Below are positions 57,181 to 64,000 of a DNA stretch of 64,000 nucleotides, piece after piece. Position 1 is the stretch's first letter. Every line of letters starts with the position of its first letter. A program made the translations under genes and the position numbers. The stretch comes from an uncultured Pseudomonadota bacterium (GTDB lineage Bacteria > Pseudomonadota > Alphaproteobacteria > RF32 > CAG-239), in contig CADCCF010000005.1 of NCBI GenBank assembly GCA_902799835.1, positions 193,722-257,721 on the forward strand, read 5' to 3'. Below the pieces are notes generated by a model. That model was not told the DNA's origin and did no database searches. It was given only the letters and a program-made list of their open reading frames with translations.

Positions 57181-57720
57181 TTAAAATTGCTCTTGCAATT
57201 CAAAGAAATATGCTTGCGGGTGATCGCAAACCGGACATTTTTCAGGAGCTAAAGGCGATTCAACTCTTGCTCCGCAATTAGCACATTCCCAAATAACTTT
57301 AGTTGGACGTTTGAAAATATTGCCCTCAACCAATGATTTTAACAAGGCTTGATAACGTTCTTCATGGCCTTTTTCAATTTTGCCAACCATTTCAAACAAT
57401 TCGGCAATGCGATCAAAGCCTTCTTCTTTGGCTTCTTTAGCCATACGAGCATACATGTTGGTCCATTCAAAATTTTCACCGCCGGCAGCATCTTTAAGGT
57501 TGTCGATAGTGGAGGGAACTGCGCCGTCATGTAACAGCTTAAACCAAATTTTAGCATGTTCTTTTTCGTTATTGGCTGTTTCTTCAAATTTGGCGGCAAT
57601 AATATTGTAGCCCTCTTTTTTGGCTTTGGAGGCATAATAAGTATATTTGTTGCGCGCTTGCGACTCTCCGGCAAAAGCTTCCATTAAGTTTTTTTCGGTT
57701 TTTGATCCTTTTAATTCCAT
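57181..57720 (-). CDS. rbr: Rubrerythrin (ferritin-like diiron domain plus C-terminal rubredoxin-like CxxC...CxxC)
   Basis: [24 protein letters not shown] is present. Helical Glu/His ligand motifs are present. Confidence 0.85.
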   Translation of the reverse strand: MELKGSKTEKNLMEAFAGESQARNKYTYYASKAKKEGYNIIAAKFEETANNEKEHAKIWFKLLHDGAVPSTIDNLKDAAGGENFEWTNMYARMAKEAKEEGFDRIAELFEMVGKIEKGHEERYQALLKSLVEGNIFKRPTKVIWECANCGARVESPLAPEKCPVCDHPQAYFFELQEQF

Positions 57721-57867
57721 GGTATTTCTCTTTCATTTAAGTAGTTAACAATCTGTATATTTGTAAATTTTTACAATTTTGTCAATAATTTTGTTTTAAA
57801 ACTTGACTTTTGTTGATTAATTGATATTATGCGCGTCATACCACTAACAAAAGAAAGGTTTAAGGTT

Positions 57868-58782
57868 ATGGAACAGAAAAACGGCAATGTTACAGCTTTT
57901 CCTTTTACGCAAAAGGTTATATCCATTGATGCTGTAAAGATTGGCAATACACTTCCTTTTTCTTTGCTTTGCGGACCTTGCCAAATTGAGAGCCAGCAAC
58001 ACGCAATTGATATTTGCGGTGCAATGGTCGAAATCACTAAAGACTTGGGTATTCCTTATGTCTTCAAGGCCTCATTTGACAAAGCCAATCGCTCTTCCAT
58101 TAAGGGAGCTCGCGGTGTCGGATTGGAAAAGGGGATGGAAACCTTTGATGAAATCAAAAAACTTTATCCCAATTTGCCGATTGTCACCGATGTGCACGAA
58201 ACTTGGCAGTGTGCAGAGGTAGCACAACATGTTGATATGTTGCAGATTCCGGCATTTTTGTGCCGGCAAACCGATTTGTTAGTGGCCGCTGCCAAAACCG
58301 GCAAAATAATCAATATCAAAAAAGGACAATTCCTGGCTCCGGAAGATATGAAAAATGCTGTTCAAAAATGTGTTGATTCCGGCAATAGTCAAGTTTGTTT
58401 GACTGAACGCGGAACTTCTTTTGGCTATCATACCTTGATTGTCGATATGACCGGATTTGCCACTATGGCCAAAACCACCGGTTGTCCGGTAATATTTGAT
58501 GCCACTCACTCGGTGCAAAAGCCGGGTGGTTTGGGTACTGCTACTGGAGGTAATCGCGAAATGGCTCCGATTTTGGCTCGTGCCGCTATTGCCGCCGGTG
58601 TGGGTGGGTTGTTCATGGAAACTCATGAAAATCCCGATAAGGCCTTATCAGATGGTCCTAATACCATTGCATTATCTAACATGAAGTCAATTTTGGCATA
58701 CTTAAAAGAATATGATATGTTGACCAAATCCAAAATTAATGATTATTACCAAGAATGCGGTTTATTGACGAAGGCTATATAA
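57868..58782 (+). CDS. kdsA: 2-dehydro-3-deoxyphosphooctonate aldolase (KDO8P synthase)
   Basis: GIPYVFKASFDKANRSS, LQIPAFLCRQTDL and VIFDATHSVQ are present. Confidence 0.9.
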   Translation: MEQKNGNVTAFPFTQKVISIDAVKIGNTLPFSLLCGPCQIESQQHAIDICGAMVEITKDLGIPYVFKASFDKANRSSIKGARGVGLEKGMETFDEIKKLYPNLPIVTDVHETWQCAEVAQHVDMLQIPAFLCRQTDLLVAAAKTGKIINIKKGQFLAPEDMKNAVQKCVDSGNSQVCLTERGTSFGYHTLIVDMTGFATMAKTTGCPVIFDATHSVQKPGGLGTATGGNREMAPILARAAIAAGVGGLFMETHENPDKALSDGPNTIALSNMKSILAYLKEYDMLTKSKINDYYQECGLLTKAI

Positions 58783-59465
58783 TCGGTATTCGCCGTCATG
58801 GCGAAAACTCAGGTATTATCACAATTTTGTGCAAAGAACAAGGTAAGGTTTGCGGCTACGTTAAATCTTGCTTTAGCAAAAGGAATTTAGCAGCTTTTCA
58901 GATTGGTAATTTGGTAAAAGTTGATGCGTGGTCGCGCGTTGACGATAATATGCTTAGCCTTAAAATTGAACTTATTTCGCCTTATGCGGTCAATTTTTTG
59001 GCGCATCCGCAAAAATTACAAACTTTGAGCAGTTTTTGCGGTTTGTGCAATGAGTGTTTACCGGAATTACAATCGGTTGATAAATTATATGAATTTGCTT
59101 CAAATTTTATTAAATTTATTGATGAAGAAAATTGGCTAATACATTATTGTTTCTTTGAATTTTATCTTTTAGAGTTTCTCGGCATCGGGCTTGATTTGAG
59201 TAAATGTGTAGTAACCGGTCGGCAGGATGACTTGGCTTATGTTTCGCCTAAAAGTGCTTGTGCAGTTTCTTATGATGTTGGTTTAAATTATAAAGATAAA
59301 TTATTTGATTTTCCGAAATTTATTGTTGAGAAAAATTATAACCCTACCCTCCAAGAACAGCTTGAATTATTGCGGATGACCGAGTTTTTCCTCAAGAAAA
59401 ATTTTTTTGCAATTCATAACTTGAAATTTCCGATTTCTCGTGCTAATTTGGGCGCGAATTTGTAA
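58755..59465 (+). CDS. recO: DNA repair protein RecO
   Basis: It has an N-terminal OB fold (GIRRHGENSGIITILCKEQGKVCGYVK) and a Cys-containing zinc-binding region. The true start may lie slightly downstream. Confidence 0.65.
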   Translation: MRFIDEGYIIGIRRHGENSGIITILCKEQGKVCGYVKSCFSKRNLAAFQIGNLVKVDAWSRVDDNMLSLKIELISPYAVNFLAHPQKLQTLSSFCGLCNECLPELQSVDKLYEFASNFIKFIDEENWLIHYCFFEFYLLEFLGIGLDLSKCVVTGRQDDLAYVSPKSACAVSYDVGLNYKDKLFDFPKFIVEKNYNPTLQEQLELLRMTEFFLKKNFFAIHNLKFPISRANLGANL

Positions 59466-59485
59466 AACCACAGGAAACAACCGTA

Positions 59486-61708
59486 ATGGCGGAAACGCAA
59501 GAAAAAATCAAAGAAGTCTATCTCAAAGAGGAACTTAGTTCTCGCTATCTTTCATATGCGATGTCGACAATTGTGTCGCGTTCTCTGCCAGATGTCAGAG
59601 ATGGCTTAAAGCCGGTACACCGTCGCTTGTTGTATGCCATGCGTCAATTACATCTTGATCCCAAATCCGGTTTTAAAAAATGTGCTCGTGTGGTTGGTGA
59701 TGTTATCGGTAAATATCACCCGCACGGAGATTCATCGGTTTATGGTGCCATGTGCCGTTTGGCGCAGGATTTTTCGGTGCGTTATCCTTTGGTTGATGGA
59801 CAAGGTAACTTTGGTAATATCGATGGGGATTCACCGGCTGCCATGCGTTATACCGAAGCGCGTATGACCGAATTTGCTGTTAGCTTGATGGACGGATTGA
59901 GCGAAAATGCCGTTGATTTTATTGATACTTATGATGGTGAAGAACAAGAACCGGTTGTGATGCCGGCAGCGGTACCCAACTTGTTGTGCAATGGTTCCAA
60001 TGGTATTGCAGTTGGTATGGCTACCAACATTCCTCCGCATAATTTGGCTGAAGTTTGTGACGCTTTGTTATTGATGATAGATAAGCCGGAAGCCACGGTC
60101 GAAGCTTTGGTACGCAAACTCAAAGGTCCGGATTTCCCTACCGGAGGAGTGATTATTGATAAATTTTCTTCCATTGTTGATATTTATACTTCCGGCAAAG
60201 GTAATTTCAGAGTTCGCTCTAAGTGGCATAAGGAAGATTTAGGACAGGGACAATACCAAATCGTAGTTACCGAAATACCCTATCAAGTCGTCAAGTCTAA
60301 ACTTATTGAACGTATTGCTCAGTTAGTTTTAGATAAAAAAATTCCTCTGCTCAGTGATGTCAGAGATGAATCGGCTCAAGATATTCGTATAGTTTTAGAG
60401 CCCAAGAGCCGCAATGTCGATGCCAATATTTTGATGGAAATATTGTTCAAAGAAACTGAATTGGAATCCAAGTTTAACATGAACATGAATGTGCTTGATT
60501 CCGAAGGGGTTCCAAGGGTTATGAGTATTGCTGATGTTTGTCGGGAATATCTCAATCATCGTGTCAAAGTTTTGGAGCGTCGTTCCAATTATCGTCTGCA
60601 AAAAATTATTGCTCGTTTGGAGATTTTGTCGGGTTATCTCGTTGCTTATCTCAATTTGGATGAGATTATCCACATTATCCGCGAAGAGGATGATCCCAAA
60701 GTAAAACTGATAAAAAAATTCAAACTCAGTGATATTCAGGCAGAATCAATCCTCAATATGAAGTTGCGTAATCTTCGCAAATTGGATGAAGCTGAAATTA
60801 AAAGTGAGTTTGAAGATTTAACAGCAGAAAAAGCTTCATTGGAAGAGCTGTTAGCCAGTGATGAATTGCGTTGGCGCAAGATTGCCGAAGAAATTAAAGC
60901 TGTCAAAGATAAATTTGGCAAAAAGACGGCTTTAGGCGCTCGTCGCACTGAGTTTGCCGAAGTTAATTTGGAAGATATTGACATTTCAATTGAAGCCCGT
61001 ATTGAGAAAGAACCTCTGACCATTATATTATCGCAAAAAGGATGGATCAGAGCCATGAAGGGCTATCAGCCTTTGGATGATGACTTCAAGTTTAAGGATG
61101 ATGATAATCTGTTGTTGGCAATTCATGCCCAAACTACCGACAAAATAGTTCTGTTTGATACATCAGGCAAGTTCTTCAATATTAATGCCTGTGATATTCC
61201 GACCGGTCGCGGTTTTGGTCAACCGTTGCGCCTGATGATTGATGTCGGGGTAAATGATCAAATTGTTGATATGTTTGTTTATACTGCCAAAACGAATTAT
61301 TTGATAGCATCCAATTCCGGTTATGGTTTTATTATTGATGATAATCACTTGTTGGCGCAAACCAGACAAGGCCGTCGCATTATGAATGTTGCAGAAAATG
61401 AACGTGCGGCTTTTTGTTGTCCGGTCAATGGGGACATGGTTGCCTTTATCGGGGACAATCGTAAGATTTTGGTTTGCCGCTTGGAAGAGGTTCCGACAAT
61501 TGCGCGTGGACGGGGAGTTTGCCTGCAAAAATACAAAGACGGTGGTTTATGCGATATACAAATTTTCAATGAAAAAGATGGTTTCTGTTTTAATCGTTCC
61601 GGCGGTAAAGCTGTTGAAACCAATCTGATAAATTGGTTGGGACATCGTGCCGGTCAGGGAAAACTTGCCCCCTTTGGGTTTCCCAAATCAGGTAAATTCT
61701 TGAAATAA
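59486..61708 (+). CDS. parC: Topoisomerase IV subunit A (GyrA-family fold; 740 aa is ParC-like length)
   Basis: The N-terminus reads YAMSTIVSRSLPDVRDGLKPVHRRLLYAM with an active-site Tyr region. It lacks the long GyrA C-terminal extension. Confidence 0.75.
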   Translation: MAETQEKIKEVYLKEELSSRYLSYAMSTIVSRSLPDVRDGLKPVHRRLLYAMRQLHLDPKSGFKKCARVVGDVIGKYHPHGDSSVYGAMCRLAQDFSVRYPLVDGQGNFGNIDGDSPAAMRYTEARMTEFAVSLMDGLSENAVDFIDTYDGEEQEPVVMPAAVPNLLCNGSNGIAVGMATNIPPHNLAEVCDALLLMIDKPEATVEALVRKLKGPDFPTGGVIIDKFSSIVDIYTSGKGNFRVRSKWHKEDLGQGQYQIVVTEIPYQVVKSKLIERIAQLVLDKKIPLLSDVRDESAQDIRIVLEPKSRNVDANILMEILFKETELESKFNMNMNVLDSEGVPRVMSIADVCREYLNHRVKVLERRSNYRLQKIIARLEILSGYLVAYLNLDEIIHIIREEDDPKVKLIKKFKLSDIQAESILNMKLRNLRKLDEAEIKSEFEDLTAEKASLEELLASDELRWRKIAEEIKAVKDKFGKKTALGARRTEFAEVNLEDIDISIEARIEKEPLTIILSQKGWIRAMKGYQPLDDDFKFKDDDNLLLAIHAQTTDKIVLFDTSGKFFNINACDIPTGRGFGQPLRLMIDVGVNDQIVDMFVYTAKTNYLIASNSGYGFIIDDNHLLAQTRQGRRIMNVAENERAAFCCPVNGDMVAFIGDNRKILVCRLEEVPTIARGRGVCLQKYKDGGLCDIQIFNEKDGFCFNRSGGKAVETNLINWLGHRAGQGKLAPFGFPKSGKFLK

Positions 61709-61902
61709 TGTCAGAAGTTTTGTTCGAATATATCAGTCTTGGCAATGCTGTAAAGATCACGGCAATTGACGCTGACAGCAAAGTCGAAGCCGTAGTGGTT
61801 GCGCCCTTGGGACTCAGCGAAGCACAAATGCAAAAGCTTGCTTTGGATAAGCTTAATTACATTATCAACAATACAACAACAAAGATTGTGGATAAGTCAT
61901 AA
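61708..61902 (+). CDS. Small hypothetical protein (64 aa), translationally coupled to parC
   Basis: Its ATG overlaps the parC stop. Confidence 0.3.
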   Translation: MSEVLFEYISLGNAVKITAIDADSKVEAVVVAPLGLSEAQMQKLALDKLNYIINNTTTKIVDKS

Positions 61903-62012
61903 TATGTTCCGCAATATGTTTCCAATTTAAAAAATAAGTTTTATAATAACGCCGCAATGGTTTGTTGTATAAGCGATTGCGTTTGGGGAATATTAGGTTA
62001 TGGGGAAATATA

Positions 62013-64000
62013 ATGTCGCAAGATTCGGCTGAGTCTAACAATAAAGTAACTGTTTTACCGCAATTCATGAATGATGAGCACGCTCATATTGATATTGCCG
62101 AGGAAGAAAATTCTTCTTGGTTGAGCAACAATTTGCACAAATTGATCTTAGGGGTTAGTGCCGTATGGATTGCTTTGGTGATTATTTACATTACGCAATT
62201 TTTTGGTTGGTCCAATTTGTTTTTAATGATGCCGGATGAGTTTGGCGGATTTATGGCTGGCATAACTTTGCCGTTAGTTATATTTTGGGTAGCTATGGCT
62301 TATATTGACCGCGGAACATCTTTCAAAAAAGAGGCCAGATTTTTGCGCGCTTATATGAATCAGTTGGTTTATCCTGAAGAAGAGGCCCCCCAGACCGCCA
62401 AAGCTTTTGCTGATGCTATTCGTTCTCAAGTTGTCGAATTGCAGCAAGTTACCAAACTTGCTCATGAGCAAACTTCAAAAATCAAAGATGGTATTAAGGA
62501 AAATGTTGATGATTTTGCTAAATTAGTCAGCAAACTTGATGGTTATTCATCACATACCATCGTCGAACTGAGCGAAGGTGTAAAATTTTTGATGGCTAAT
62601 TTTGAAAATATTGTGGCCCAAGCCCAAAATTCAAGTAATAATTTGGCTTCCATAAATCAAAAATTTGTTGAAGACAGCAATATGATAGGTAATTCACTAT
62701 CGGAACTACTGGATAAAATTATGCCTTCATTGCAGGAAATTAAAAACACGGTACAGGAGCTCAAACAAACTGCCAATGGCGCAATGGTTGAAATTAATCG
62801 CTCTGGTGATGAATTGAAAAATTTTAATCAAATGGCTATAAAAAATTTTTCCGATACACAAAACATATTGAATGCTCAAATTGATGTGATGGGACAAGTG
62901 TCTGAAAAAGCCTTTGAGAATTGTGATGCGTTGAAAGATAAAGTTGCCAGTGAATTGTCTGATATGCAAGATGTTTTACAAAAGCATCTCGTGAAAATTG
63001 ATGAAGCGATTAGCGCGGTTAGCCAAGAAACCAAAGACAAAAGTGAAGAAATGGCCAAAATAGCCATGAATAATGTTGAGACAATCAACAATGGTGTCAG
63101 ACAGAGTTTTAAGGCCGTCGGTGAAATGTTTGATTCCCAAATTGATAAATTTGATGATGCCGTTAATCAATACAGCCACCAAATATCTGGTTTGGTAAAA
63201 ACTATTGATGAGCGAGCCGATGTTGTCACCCAAAAATTCTCTTCACACAGTGAATTGGTTAATCAGGAATTGGATAAGCTTATGGTCAGGAGCGCCAATT
63301 TGGAAGAAGGCGTTGCTATGCGAGTTGCCAATTTGAACAGTGTAGCTGATAAAGCTATTGCAGCCATGCAAGATGTTGAAAGCTCACTAACTAAAAATAC
63401 TATCACATTTGGTGAAAAAGTTGCAGCAGCCAATGATGATTTGACATCATATATCGATACGATAAATGACAAAGTAATTAATATTCAAGATTTTAGTGAA
63501 AAGCTCAACGATATGAACGACCATATCAATGAAAGTTATAAAGGCTTACAAAAAGTTATGAGCACGGGTCTTGAACAGTTACAAGATGTTAATAAAGATA
63601 TCAATTCATCAACCGAAAATCTTTTGGTGCAGACTGCCCAATCATCGGAAAGTCTCAATCAAATAGCTTCTGTTTTGCAAAAACACACCTCTGGATTGGC
63701 CGATGCATCCAATGTTGTTGTAACCCAAAGTCAAATCAGCGAAGCATCCTTAGTTCAACAACAAAAATATCTCGCAGATACAGCATCTAAGGTTGATTTC
63801 ATTAAAGATGAGTTGCGTCGTCAAATTGATGAATTATCCTTGAGTTCTGACAGTTTGGAAAAGAGTGCTAAGGAAACAGCCGACTTGTTAAAAGAAAGTG
63901 TTCAAAAAATGTTGGCGTCCTGTAATGAAGCAATTTCCAAAGGCCATCAGATTAACGATAATTTAGCCGAACAGTCAAATCAGTTTGACACCTCAGTAAA
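62013..64000 (+). CDS. Large coiled-coil membrane protein, 3'-truncated by the window end (at least 662 aa); absent from the ORF track
   Basis: A continuous open frame runs from ATG 62013 to the window end. Two TM helices are predicted (LILGVSAVWIALVIIYI, FMAGITLPLVIFWVAMAYI). A very long Gln/Glu/Lys-rich helical region follows. Confidence 0.55.
   Translation, partial: MSQDSAESNNKVTVLPQFMNDEHAHIDIAEEENSSWLSNNLHKLILGVSAVWIALVIIYITQFFGWSNLFLMMPDEFGGFMAGITLPLVIFWVAMAYIDRGTSFKKEARFLRAYMNQLVYPEEEAPQTAKAFADAIRSQVVELQQVTKLAHEQTSKIKDGIKENVDDFAKLVSKLDGYSSHTIVELSEGVKFLMANFENIVAQAQNSSNNLASINQKFVEDSNMIGNSLSELLDKIMPSLQEIKNTVQELKQTANGAMVEINRSGDELKNFNQMAIKNFSDTQNILNAQIDVMGQVSEKAFENCDALKDKVASELSDMQDVLQKHLVKIDEAISAVSQETKDKSEEMAKIAMNNVETINNGVRQSFKAVGEMFDSQIDKFDDAVNQYSHQISGLVKTIDERADVVTQKFSSHSELVNQELDKLMVRSANLEEGVAMRVANLNSVADKAIAAMQDVESSLTKNTITFGEKVAAANDDLTSYIDTINDKVINIQDFSEKLNDMNDHINESYKGLQKVMSTGLEQLQDVNKDINSSTENLLVQTAQSSESLNQIASVLQKHTSGLADASNVVVTQSQISEASLVQQQKYLADTASKVDFIKDELRRQIDELSLSSDSLEKSAKETADLLKESVQKMLASCNEAISKGHQINDNLAEQSNQFDTSV

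Noticed and set aside
57339-57674. 111-aa ORF overlapping rubrerythrin in another frame
   Set aside because: It is a shadow of the real gene with a Lys/Pro-rich low-complexity product.
1-64000. CRISPR arrays, rRNA and tRNA genes
   Set aside because: No regularly spaced short direct repeats were seen. No rRNA-like conserved blocks or tRNA cloverleaves were seen on either strand.

Overview
This is a low-GC Gram-negative chromosome. The lepB-rnc-era order, a single relA/spoT, era-side recO, kdsA and a lipid-transport MlaD pair give it an alphaproteobacterial (Rickettsiales/Holosporales-like) look, but that placement is inference only. AdhE plus rubrerythrin point to a fermentative or micro-aerophilic lifestyle.

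The window opens inside a prophage late region (1 to about 13.8 kb, all on the + strand). It holds a terminase large subunit tail, a small GroES-like protein, portal, scaffold-like and capsid-like proteins, several unassigned virion proteins and a GNAT acetyltransferase. Three fibre proteins follow: one with a C-terminal S74 intramolecular-chaperone domain, one with a tail-collar domain, and one carrying eight 11-residue tandem repeats. Then come a fibre-assembly chaperone and a compact lysis cassette of holin, GH24 endolysin, a 42-aa TM peptide and an Rz-like gene with an Rz1-like lipoprotein gene embedded in it. No sheath, tube or tape-measure gene is present, so the virion looks podovirus-like. 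No integrase or att site is in the window.

From 13.8 to 19.7 kb lies a cargo (moron) region, and it is the most unusual part. It has a toxin/immunity-like cassette: a conserved N-module, a Gly/Ala-rich 197-aa body, two tandem 3-TM paralogs and an orphan copy of the N-module. It also has a GH108 muramidase-like gene whose leader copies the N-terminus of a tail fibre. Two in-frame stop codons interrupt otherwise coding-looking frames. A putative lysozyme-inhibitor-like secreted protein sits convergent to the GH108 gene. Two small paralogs share a duplicated promoter and operator. Two identical 41-nt hairpins occur about 3.6 kb apart.

The rest is host core: M48/TPR protease, rne, amiC, mrcA, prfB (with the +1 frameshift site visible), an AsmA-like giant membrane protein, clpXP, relA/spoT, acpS, lepB-rnc-era, tandem MlaD, a GldA/F/G-like ABC system, an orphan PAS histidine kinase, an MsbA-like exporter, adhE, rubrerythrin, kdsA, recO and parC. 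A 3'-truncated coiled-coil membrane protein at the window end is missing from the ORF track.

Several islands inside the core are unexplained. One is a roughly 400-nt GC-rich structured non-coding stretch after era. Another is a secreted protein with about 30 cysteines. A 152-aa ORF has clearly elevated GC and its own terminator. Three tandem paralogs of an unrecognised family (one a two-domain fusion) sit next to adhE and rubrerythrin with duplicated promoter and terminator modules.

No rRNA, tRNA or CRISPR array was found.
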